Shown here one piece after another: positions 40,311-51,978 of a stretch of DNA of 64,000 nt. This DNA is from Camelus dromedarius (taxonomy: Eukaryota), in assembly GCF_036321535.1 (NCBI RefSeq), contig NC_087437.1, positions 68,140,001 through 68,204,000 of the forward strand, read 5' to 3'. Position 1 is the stretch's first letter. Every line of letters begins with the position of its first letter. Position numbers and translations under genes: made by a program. Under the pieces are notes generated by a model, which was not told where the DNA came from, ran no database searches, and saw only the letters and a list, made by a program, of their open reading frames with translations.

Positions 40311-43300
40311 CAGATAATATCTATAAGGGACTTTGTTGCTTTTTCTCTAACTTCTATAGTGCAGATAGAACTTTGGGTGCATATATGAAAACTTGCATGT
40401 ACATACCCGTACATACAGAAGGAGGGGGAAAGGGACGGGAAGAGGGGTTGACAGAGACTGTTGCTTTGGAAACTCTCTGGTCTCAAGGGTTATACATCTT
40501 ACCAGGCACAAATTCTAGGTAGCTGTTTTAGGTACATATAGAACATAAATGTGTATGAGTGTAATTTGAGCGAGGAAAAAAGCTAGAAGTAGCTGTGAAT
40601 TTTGTGTCTATAATATGTACTTCTATCTTTTGATTTGCCCTCCCAGCAAGTAGAGGGTTACTTCCCACTGTATCTTTCTTTGGAGGAAGTCCTGCAGCTC
40701 CATCATGGAGTTGCTCATATACATATACATACACACAAACACACACACACAAAGTCCTTTTAAATGAGAAATCAAAAGGAAATATCTTTGCACACGTTGC
40801 TAAGAATACAACCTTAGGATAACCCAGGAATGAGTTCTATTTCTCTGTACTGTTGGGAAACCTCTGTTGGCATCAGTGCTCTACAATGTTATTTGACCTT
40901 TTTGACTTATACAAGATAAAAATACAGGCATGGAAATTAGTTCACAAAGTTGGGATATAAAATTGACCTCCAAGTGACCCAAACTATGCTTATGTGGATT
41001 CCTTTTCAGTTTGTTTAATTTCATCAACTCAAAAACAAGTGTAAAAATTATTATGGAAGTTGGAAACTGTCAGAATCCGTGTGGGAAGGATGGCTATACA
41101 CTGAAAAGTTTCTCTGAGACTGGCCTGGAAAGATCATTCTGAAACAGAATGGACTAGAGTATCCTACCTCATTAGTGAATACCATTTTCATAATGGGAAA
41201 AAGAAAGAAAGGAAGAAAATATCAAAAGCAACCCCAACAACAGCTCAGAGGTGCTGGGAGCTCAGATCTCATGTTTCTAAACAAAGAAAAACTCCCTGAA
41301 CTCCTGAATTATAGTAGCCAGTTACTTTTCTCAGCTCTCCTAACCAAAGATAGCTTCCCCTCTTTCTTACCGCTTTCTCCTTCTGTCCTCTTTGTTGTTT
41401 CTCTCATTTAATCAATTCAGCTTATTCCAGCAAGGATGTTAAATTGAAAATCCTAGGCTGGCATCTCGTTTACCCGTAAGACAGAGTTGCAAGGGCCCAG
41501 CTCCATTCCCCTGGGGGCTTCGTCCCTGACCCACAGGGGCTGAGCTCCTAATGAGAAGGAGTTAGTCTCCCTTGCTCATGCAGCCCTTGTCGTCTCTCCT
41601 GAGACTGCCAACAAGTGAAGCAATTAGGGCCAATTGTGGTGGTGGTTGGCTGCCTTTTAAAATAGAAACCATCTCAAAATCCATCTAAGAGTTTGCCTTC
41701 CTTTCAGCTTCCTTACAGACTGCAGAGGCATTCAGTGACAATGCTGAGAATTACCCAGATTATCTATGGAAGCCTGTAATAGTCCAATTATCCACACTTG
41801 TTTGCGGTCTTATTGTGAACTTTCTCTGAAGCCAGGAAAGGATACACTGCAGTGGGGATGGAAGGGGGCGGCTGGGGAGGAAGGAAGGAGAGAGAAAGCT
41901 GTTCTGAGAATGAAATTGTTTTCCTCAGTGACTCAAGACTACAACAGCTTAGGTGACTACCAGAGGCGCTGATGTGTTTTAATAACCTTTCCCGTTGTGG
42001 GAAAATGGCTTTTCCACAGACTGTGGAATCTCCCACCACGCGTGTGTTCATTATACTTTTGCTATATTGACTTGATGGAAAGTCAGCAGCCCCCCCCATC
42101 CCCCAAGATCCTACATCTTTCCCCTCCTGAGTTGGATAATACCAGGACTTCTAGGAAACTCTCAATGATAGCTGAAAACTAATGTGCTTAGTTCTCACCT
42201 GTTTAACACTTCGAATAGAATTTCCTTCCTTTGCATTTTGAGGAATGATGACTCAATTCAGAATAAAACAAAGTGAGGCAGCAATTGCTAAACTGTTACA
42301 GACTATTATTAAAAGTTCCATCCTCTACAGAAAGAAAAATAAACCAAAATTTATTTTCCCTCTGAGCACGTTTTCCCTTGTCAATTCCAAAGAGGGTTAT
42401 ATAGATATCTACTAAGGGCTTAATTTCCATAATAAAGGAATAAATGATCCTTTTCCTTTTCTTCCTTTTTTTAAGTAGCGCTGTTAATATGCTATTATTT
42501 GGAATGTATAATCTTCTTACTTACCTCTAACTGTCTGATAATAAATCAGGAGCCATCATTCATGGAGACAGGAGATGACTACAACTTCACTCAGAATTCT
42601 CTGAACCCTTCGTCTTACCCATCAATTTCTGCAGGGATGAAGGAACCATATGTGAGAATCTTTTCCTTTTTTTTTTTTTTTCCTTCTGCCAGACCTCTGT
42701 TTACATTCAGACTTCACCTTTTGAAACAATTTCTAAATATTTCTCTTTTAGTCAGTCTCTTTTAAATTACAATATTAACATATATGCAGACCATCACAGC
42801 TATGTTTCTCGAATACTGGAAATTGTGCAATTATACTCGTAAACCATTTGCTCATCTCTTCTTTTTAAGAGCATCTGTGTTTCTCTACGGTGGCTCATTC
42901 TGTAGTTTGTAATTTTCATTTGGGAGCATTCTGTACCCTAGACCATTCTACACTGGGCAATGGCAGCTGCATCTCCTGAGATAAGATTATACTGAAAATC
43001 CCGGGTTCCACCAAGAACTGTCTTAGAAGGAGGGTATAAGGATGTGTGTGTGCGTATGTGTTAATGGAGGGGTTTCTGTGTTGAGCAGGATGTCAGCTTA
43101 CATTTCTCTTATTGTCCCGTAGTCCTCCTGCTGCTTATTAGCTTACTGCTAGCTCAGGACCCTGCTAGTTACTCTGACACCACCCTTTAGAGTAGAATCA
43201 GATGTTGATGGTCCTGAATTTGTTTGCATTTGAATGAATTTGTTGTTCATGTAGAAGGAGACCCCTGTGCCAAAATTTCAACCCTCATGTTACAGACTCG

Positions 43301-43324
43301 GAAGAAAGAGGGTTTTACAAATTT

Positions 43325-43791
43325 TAGTGGATTGAACGATGACCACTCAAAGATACCAAGTTCTGATCTCTGCAATTTGTAAATTTCTTTAATTTGGAAA
43401 AAGGGTCTTTGCAGATGTCATTAAATTAAGGATCTTGAAATGAGGGGATTGCTCTGGATTATTCTGGTGGTCCGTAAAGGCTATCACATGTCCCTGTGGC
43501 TACTTGTAAGTGTCCTGGAAAGGAGAGACAAAGAGCTATAACAGAGACATGAGGGGAAAGCAGTGTGAAGATAGGCAGAGATAGAGTGGTGCTCCTGCCA
43601 GCCCAGAAATGCCAATGCAGCCACCAGAAGCTGGAAGAGGCAAGGAAGGAATTCTTCCCTACAGTCCCCAGAGAAGGTAGCCCTGCTAGATTTGGACATC
43701 TGGCCTCCAGAACTGTGAGAGAAGATTTTTTGTTGTTTTAAGCCACCAAGTCTGTGGGAATTTGCTACAACAGCCTCAAGAAACTAATATG
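43325..43791 (+). mobile_element. MaLR solo LTR (MLT1C/D-like)
   Basis: GGGTCTTTGCAGATGTCATTAAATTAAGGATCTTGAAATGAGG...CCACCAGAAGCTGGAAGAGGCAAGGAA...GGCCTCCAGAACTGTGAGAGAA...GAAACTAATA. Confidence 0.9.
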
Positions 43792-43926
43792 TAGGTTGGG
43801 GAGGGGGAGAAGACAGGATATAATATTTGGTAAATATTATGCTTCGTAGACTTATTAAATTATTATAATTCTTCACGATTTTTATCAGCACCCCTCTTCG
43901 GCATCTCCACCCTTCTCTTTCCCCTA

Positions 43927-44425
43927 CAGCTGCCTTGTTCAATACGGTAGCCACTAGCCACATGTGGCTATTGAATAATTGAAATGTAGCTACTAGGACT
44001 GAGGAATTGAATTTTTAATTTTACTTAATTTTAATTAACTTAAATTTTTAACACTTGCAGTTGAGTCTGTTATTGGAAAACTTTTAAGTATGCTTGGAAC
44101 AATTTAGGTATGTGAATATACTTTTTCAACTGTAAATTTTATTTAATATAAAATAAATCAAATATTTCCACTGAACATATAACATCCAAATTAAGATGTG
44201 TTCTAAGTGTAAAATGTGTATCACATTTCAAAGACTTATTCTAAAAAAAAATGCAAAGTATCTTACTGATAAGTTTTATATTGCTCACATGTTAAAATGG
44301 TAATACTTTATGTATGCTAAACGAAATATATTATTAAAATTCCATTTCTTTTACTTTTTAAGTGGGGCTACTAGTAAATCTAAAATTACATACTTAAAGC
44401 ATGTTATATATCTTTTGGACCGTGT
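43927..44425. mobile_element. hAT-Charlie non-autonomous element (Charlie1/MER33 family)
   Basis: TGTTCAATACGGTAGCCACTAGCCACATGTGGCTATTGA...GCTACTAGTAAATCTAAAATTACATA...TTGGAC. Confidence 0.85.
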
Positions 44426-46284
44426 GGCCTTACTATCATCCTCCTGAGTGACAAAGCCAACTAGTCCTATGAATAAATCTGGTTTCCTACAGCTAATGGA
44501 GCAAAATATTTACCAGGTTTGCCATTATCTGAGGAAGAACTAGGCCCACATCTCCATTCTCATGGATGGTCACTTTGTCTTTTTTGAATGAAAATAAGTA
44601 TGTTTGGAACTAGAATTTAAAAATAAACATTTAATTTTTTTCACTCATTACATAGCATGTGAAAGAAAAATAATTCAAGATAATAAGATAGTGTTCTTGA
44701 CAATTGTCCTTTGAGGATGTTTATAGGTTTTGGAGAGTAGACACTCTGTCTTGAAGCAGTTGGGTTTCCAGAGTTTTGGAAAAAAAATATTCTGGTCCCA
44801 TTTTTCATATCTCTTGATAGTTCTAGGTAAAACAGCACTATTGTTATTCTTGTCTTATTGGCTTCATGGATCTCTTTAAATACTTTAAAAAATAACATTG
44901 GGTACTTGTGTAAAGAAATAAATTCATTTTAGTTAAATTGATTTAAATGGCATTTCACTTGAGAAATGCAATACTATTTCTAATTTCTCCACTATTACAC
45001 TGAATATAATCTGTGGTTTTAAAAATTACTGGCTTTATACAGTTACCATAGTGAAAAAATAACTCAGTAAAATCACAGTTGTGAGTAGAAAGTTTTTTTC
45101 TCTGCTTGTCTATACTGGACTGATGGTGCAGCTGAAAACCATAAGCAATAAACTGCACTTGAGAGGAGAAAACCTTAAGAGCAGTTCAGTTTTGCTCTGC
45201 TTCTTTCTCCTCTGGACTCTTCAGTTAATGCATGTTCTCCTATGTGTCCCTCCCATATCTCTGCCGCACCTACCCCAGATCCTGTTGTCTTCAGAGAATA
45301 CCTAAAAAGGGAACTGACAAGTATATCACGTACATGACAAAAACTACAGGATTTAGAAAGGACATAATGGTTCCCTTATTTTACAGATGATGACTAGTTT
45401 AGAGTCACACCAGGACTAGAACAAAGGGTCTTCTGACATAACATCTGATTTTCTTTCTGCTAAATCATGTTTCTCTACTACAGATGACCTGAAAATACCC
45501 TGAATGTTATGTCCTTACTTGATCTCCTAACTTCCAGAGGAATCTGACCACAAATGAAAGGCAGTCCTAGTGAAAATTATAAATTGGTGAGGGTTGCTCT
45601 AACACTAGTAAAGCTGTGGACGTCTGTTGAACTTGTAGTGCGCTGTGCTCACTCACCCCTCATACTTTACCCAGGATGTTTGATGTTGACATTAGGTTAT
45701 GTTTGTAAGGCAGGCGTCTTAGAACACGGGTAGTTCCTACAGTTATAGTTAGTATTTGTAAAGTTCCATGTAAATTTTCTTAGAGGATAATTAAACTCTT
45801 AGTCATATACATTAGTGTCCTAAACTAGGAGATTAATATGTACGGTTCAAGTTTTTAAAATTAAACTTATTATTTAATATAGCGTTCCAGCTTCCAAAAG
45901 TAAATACTAGTTATTCGACTTTATGGATCTGACATAATATCAATATTTAAGGTGCAGTTTGAAGAAAGATTAGTACCTAAGTCCATATGGCTAACTTTTA
46001 TACACCTTTAAAGTTCTACGTGTTTGATATCTAAGTTTACTTTTCAGTGTTCATGCACATAAACGTCAAAGCTATATATTACCCGTCTTAAAATGTTTTC
46101 TTTCCACTTTACATATTCCTAGATTGTATTTGATGTCCTGTTTGTTATAATGACTAGACTGTTGGTTCACAGGGAGAGATCATACCACAGTGGGTATAAC
46201 AACTGGAGGAGGGTAGTGTGTATGTGGTGGTGATGACTCAGCCAGGGAAAGCACATGTTGCCGGAGGTGTTTGAATGGCTCCAG

Positions 46285-46440
46285 ATACTGGTGTGCACAT
46301 GTTGCATCTACATCCGTGGGCTATTTACCTTTCTGAGCTTTATATTCCTAGTTTGGAAGGCGAGGATCTTTTCAGGACTGTCTACTTCACAGTTTTGTGA
46401 GGATAATACGGGATAGTATACTCATGTACATTGTAAAATA
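46285..46440 (+). mobile_element. MIR SINE (degenerate)
   Basis: GGGCTATTTACCTTTCTGAGCTTTATATTCCT...CTACTTCACAGTTTTGTGAGGATAA. Confidence 0.55.
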
Positions 46441-46475
46441 ACTTACCTGTGAAACACAAATCATTGCATTAGGGA
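46441..46475 (-). other. Candidate recursive splice site / cryptic 3' splice site (branch point, pyrimidine tract, CAG|GTAAGT)
   Basis: Minus strand reads CCCTAATGCAATGATTTGTGTTTCACAG|GTAAGT. Confidence 0.3.
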
Positions 46476-48089
46476 TTCTATTCTAATAAGATATTGAAAG
46501 CAAAGGAAAGAGAAGTAAGAAGGAGGGAGAGAACCATATAAACTAAAGAAGTAGGTTTTGGAGAGGACCAGGAACTTAGGATGAGTTATACTCATAGGTG
46601 CAACATTGATATGGGGGTCTTATTTTTGCTTTGTTTTATTACTTTTGTATTTTTTTTTTATTCTTGTATTTAAAAAAAAACTTTGTCTTTTTTCCCCAAG
46701 TTTTCACTTGGAGTTTCAGCCTACTGTGTATGGCTGCGAAAAATGTACTAGAAGTTTTCTTCACACATTGCAATAGCAAATCTTGATAGACTGGACAGTG
46801 ACATTAATCTTATTCTTGGCATTATTAAAAATGATTACGCATGCATGCACAGTGCTTTGTAAACTGTAAGCATGCATTACAATTGTATGGATTATCATTA
46901 TTTTTGTCAAGTGATGTGTGTGGGAGTTTTGGTTGCTGGGTACAGCTTGTATTCATTGGAGAAGCGGGGGTGGTCTTGTAGATTAAAATGGAGAACTGTC
47001 AATAATAGGCGATTCTGGGAAACTACTGTTCCAATCTCTTAAATATCTTGATGTTCCTTGTAAGTTCTTTGTTTTTATATTTAAGGTCATGGTCAAGGGT
47101 TGGGAGAAGGGGAAGAAATAATTCCTTTAGTTGCAGAGTTGGTATCTTGTGATAAACGTTAGTGGGGGTTTTGATGTTTGCTTATTTGATTACTAAGAAT
47201 TTAGTGGTTTTCACGTATACTTTTTATTTTTTTACCATTGTGATCATTAACCATTTGTTTTATCTTCCTCTTCTTCTCTTCATCAAGTGTATTTGCATTT
47301 ATTCTGCATTCTACTCAGTTCCCTGTTCAGCCATAATGCCAAACGACCTCTGAACGTAACCCTAAATGGACATGTAAACATCATATGTGAATAGAAATAG
47401 TTCTGTCTGATATTTCCTTCGTATCCAAAGTTTTTGTCAAAGCAATCACTGAAGCTTTTTTGCCTTTTCAAACCCTCCAATCCTCAGGAGGTTATTTTCA
47501 GTGAAGTGGTGAGAAGGAAGAGTTCAAATAGGATTGATTTAATAGAGCTATGATGTGAAAAATCTCGCAACACACTGTCTGCCTGAAATGGCCAATCATA
47601 GAAGCATTAAAATCAGAGTGGGGAAGGAAGCTGAGGCATCCCAAAGAGGCACCTGAATTAAAGAATGACAGCAGCTTGCCATTCCTGTGTAGAGAAATAA
47701 AAGTATTGCAGGACAAGAAATAGCCAAAGACACATTGGAAGGAATCATCATCTGTGAGCTACAAACAGCCCCAGCCATAAATTTAATGCAAAAAAAAAAA
47801 AAAAAAAAAAGTCCCCACTATTCTCCCTAACCAATGACCCAAGAAATTAAAAGAAAACCTTTATATTTCTTCTATCTCTCTATTTTCTCCATGGGATCTA
47901 TTCTCTCTTCCTTACCTATATTTAATTCCTATTATCACAAAACTCTACTCTCTGTACTATTTTAATGGTGTATTTGGTTTCTTTCTTTTGTGCTTTTAAA
48001 CCCTCAAAGAATATTGTTTCTCTGTATGAGCTTTAAAACTCCTTATCAGGGCATGACAAATCTTAGAAAGGGGCTTTCTAAGAGATTAT

Positions 48090-48412
48090 AGTAGTCCCTC
48101 AGTATTCACAGGGAATTGGCTGCAGGATGTCCGCCCCCGTACCCAAATCCATGGATGCTCAAGTCCCTGTCCCTTATGTAAAATAGCATAGCATTTGCAT
48201 ATAACCTATGCACATCCTTTCATATACTTCAAAATCATCTCTAGATTACTCACAATACCTAATACAGTATAAATGCTATGGAAATAGTTGCTAGCATGCA
48301 GCAGGTTTTGCTTTTGTAACCTTTCTAGGATTAAAAAAAAATATATGTTTTTTGATCCTCAGTTGGTTGGATTTGATAATGCAGAAGCTGTGGATGTGGA
48401 GGGCTGGCTGTG
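48090..48412. mobile_element. MER2-family TcMar-Tigger DNA transposon
   Basis: GTCCCTCAGTATTCACAGGGAATTGG...CCAAATCCATGGATGCTCAAGTCCCT...TTTGCATATAACCTATGCACATCC...GAGGGCTGGCTGT. Confidence 0.9.
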
Positions 48413-48609
48413 GGGCCTAACAAGTATGGCAGTAATGGCAGCTAGCTTATGGGGTTGACGACCACTGAAATGCAATGTGAAACGACCAGATAAAATGTTA
48501 GCAATGAGTCTTGCTAGAATTGTGGGAGTGGGCAGTACTAAATTCACCCACTGGATTAATGGGTTCTAGAAACAATCCTCTGCAGATACCAAAGAGTGAG
48601 TGTACTTCT

Positions 48610-49330
48610 CTCAGAGTTGGAGTTTTGCCCAGTGACTATCACAGAGGAAGCTAAGATCATTTATAAGAGAATGTAAGTAAACCCAGAAAAGCGGAAAAGT
48701 AGAGACAGAGGAGGATGAACAGGATATCTTGGAAATTAAAGAATTCCAGAGAAATTCCAGAGAAATCAGGGATGATTGATGGTTAGTAGTCAAACATCAG
48801 AATGTTTAAAATGGACTTTCTAATGAGCATAAAGTCCACAGTGTGCCCTTGACCATGTACTTGAATTGATGGGAGATAGTGGAAGAAAATGAAGACTTGA
48901 AAGAAAGGCAAAACAGGCTGAATGATTCATTAATGTGGACGTTGAATTCATGGTGAATAATGGCAACGGTTGTGGTGAAGAGGAGCTATGTGGTCAAGGT
49001 TTTTGATGAAATAAAGGAAATGACAAGGTGATGAGGAGGCAACTGCAGCGAGTAGGGTAAGACTGTGATTTATGGAGATGATGTACATTTAAAGAAGTAG
49101 TGGTTTTTGTAAGGGGAGGGGGTGGTGACAGTGTGGAAGCCACAAGGGGAAGCAAGGAGGACACTAACCTCACTTTCTGACGCTAACATGATAGAGTATG
49201 TAAGGCACAAGACAGTCACTATTTGAGAAGGTTAGAGAGGAAATTTTGTTCTCAGAAAAGAATTAGGTTTCAGCTAAGATAAGGAGGTAAAGGGAGTGCT
49301 CTGAGAAATTAACAGTAGAAGGAAGCTCGG
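48610..49330 (-). mobile_element. Degenerate L2 fragment (tentative)
   Basis: Purine-rich decayed sequence; GTGGACGTTGAATTCA resembles antisense L2 endonuclease (GDFN) sequence. Confidence 0.35.
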
Positions 49331-51480
49331 GGAAGTGAAGAGGTGGGAATTGAATATGAGTCAGACGAGCAAGAAAATAGGGAGATGGGTCTGGGTGAAA
49401 ACAGATGTCCAAAGAGATCCGGGTTACTGCTGGTGACTGAGGGAGGCGAGGATGAGAGACGGCGGGGCAGGCCTGAGTGACCTGAGACAGCATTCGGAGG
49501 ACTGTTGCTCTCCGAGTGTGATGGTACTTCTTAGGCCTGAGGGCCCCTAAAGGTGGGGAAGGACTGAGCCAGTGCACCTTCCCTTCATCTTTTTTTGTGT
49601 GTGTGTGTATGGGCTTCCTCATAAGGTTTTGTCTAAAGGAAGTGTCCTAAGGCTTTAAACAATTAAAAAAAAAAAAAACAAAAAACTACTATTACAGGCC
49701 ATGCCTCATCAAGCCTAATTTGGACAAATCCCTAGATAAACAAGAAGGGGACAGATGAACTTCTTTTCCCCATTTTTCTTTCACAATGATACGGTAGATT
49801 TTATCATCATTGGGTCTGTGGATGAGAATCGCCAACAGAGGAAGCAAAAATGATCAGGAGACAAGGAGTCAAGTTGAATAAACAGTTCTGATTCTGTTTT
49901 TCTTGTCAGAGAAGATGTTGGGTCTCTTGTCAGAGAATAGCATGGCAAACTGTGGACTACCCTATCCATTAAGGAAGATTTATACACAGCACCTTCCATC
50001 CCAGGCTGAAAAGAGGGCTGTGAGCCAGGACAGACATGTCTTAATGGTACTGATTCACAAGTAAGTTGAAATATGCCCCCTTCCCCTCCCTCGCCACTCT
50101 GTACAGAAGATGACAGCAGCTTCTATTAGCTAACATTTCATTCGGTGGACGAAGTTTAGGCAGTAAGACAGGCCATTTTATTCTTCCCTAGACTAGTTAT
50201 TTTCCATCACAGAGACTGTGCTGTCAGTGATATCAGGGCTTTTAGTCACCCCCAACCCCCTCTTCCTTCTTACTCTTTTTTTCAAATCTGAAGTAACAAC
50301 ATCTGGATAATTAGAATGATGAGCATTCTTTTATAGCTAGAATTCTTGAACATTTGTGTTGGCTGAGGTAATGGAGTTTCCCCTCACATAATCTCCTATC
50401 TTCAGCAGTGCTCAGAATCATAATTTTCACATTACGAGAACTCAGTTCTCCCTTTTGGGGTGAAAATCCAAGTTATCTCTGAGCATAGATGAGAAGTGAT
50501 TTCCTAAATCAACACCTGTCAGAGAAGTTTCTCCTTCAGGAATTTTTTTAAACTAAATTTCTGGTCTAATTCTCTGTCAGCAGTCATAAATGGAAGGTTC
50601 CTTTTATTTTCGTTTTACCCCATCTCTATCCACAGCTGAAATACAACATTGAACTGTTCCTCAAGTTGCTCCCAAATGCTATTATAAAACTGTTTCATCT
50701 CTTCACTGCCTAATACTGGTTTTTTTTTTTTTTTTTTTTTTTCTGCTCTTTTAAAGAAGATGGTAGAGTGCTTTCCTGGTCAGTCATAAAGGTTTAATAC
50801 TGTTGTCTTCTCTTTGAGACCTAGTTCTAGCACCTAATTCCACTGATAAAATGTGATTTTGTGTGTTGTTATGAAAGGCATTGAGGATAGCTTTTGCTGT
50901 TTCTTTTGTTTACAGTTACCTATAAAATAAGTCAAGAGTCCAACTTATTTTCTTAATCGGTACTTTGCTACTTCTAAAGTAGTTAATGTCTATATGTATG
51001 TGTAATTAAAATATTTAATAGTTTTGTTATTTAAATAAAGCAGAGTTGATAGCCTTTTCTCCACATTCTTTATTAAATAATTTTAGGGTTTTCTTCAGTC
51101 ATTCAACGTTACAAATTAAGCAAATTAAGCCATTCTTCTGTTTTAATAGCTTCTGGTCTAGTGGTGTGAACACAGTAACAGAGGTGCTTCTTTTCAAGTA
51201 AGGAGACCAAAGACCTTTTACTGTCTGTGTAAATTGGACAAGACTGCAGAAAGGAGGCAGGACATGTTTCTCCTTTGATTATCTTCTTTATGAGAAACGG
51301 ATTAGGAAGAAAGGTAGGAGGTCAAGAAAAGGAGGTGATTGGAACAAATGCAAAAGTGCTAGAGCCATTTTAAAGACTGATTGTCTCCTCGTTGTTAGAG
51401 AAAATGGACCAGCTTCTGCTTCTGTTCCTTGGGTCTGTTTGACCTCTTGGATGGCGGATCCTGGTGGGGAAAATGATGAG

Positions 51481-51831
51481 TGCCATGTTCTGAATGTTTG
51501 AGTCCCCACAAAAATCAAATATAGAATCCCTAATCCCCAATGTGACAGTATTTGGAGGTGAGACCTTTGGGAAGTAATGAGGTCATGAACGGATGACAGA
51601 ATAGGATCAGTGCCCTTTGAAAAAGACACACCACAGAGATTATCTCTTGCTTGGCCACATAAGGAAACAGCAAGAAGGCCATCTTCATACTAGGAAGTGG
51701 GATCTCACGAGACACCAAGTCCACCAGCACTCAGTCTTGGACTTCCCAGCCTCCAGAACTGTGAGAAATAAATGTCTATTATTTAAGTCACCTAGTCTGT
51801 TTTGTTACCACAGCATGAGATGACTAAGACA
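51481..51831 (+). mobile_element. MaLR solo LTR (MLT1A-like)
   Basis: Runs TG...CA, about 350 nt: TGCCATGTTCTGAATGTTTG...TCTTGGACTTCCCAGCCTCCAGAACTGTGAGAAATAAAT...GACTAAGACA. Confidence 0.9.
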
Positions 51832-51978
51832 GTGAACTCCTCACAAAAGAATTAAGATCAAAGAGGGAAAGGAGCAATTGGCTTAAGGAGATTGTGGTTA
51901 CAGGACCCTTTTGAGATGTCTGGGAGTAAACCAAACTGGCCTACAGAATGAGGTCTCCCCTCTTGAGAAATAGTCATT

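Noticed and set aside
41955..41972. CTCF-like ACTACCAGAGGCGCTG
   Set aside because: It is one base short in the core spacing.
42525..42628. Minus-strand 104-nt exon-like unit (CTGCAG|...GAG|GTAAGT)
   Set aside because: It has stops in all three frames and no supporting context. Such pseudo-exons are common in long introns.
49909..50060. Plus-strand exon-like unit (TTTTTCTTGTCAG|...CAA|GTAAGT)
   Set aside because: No recognisable coding content or partner exons.
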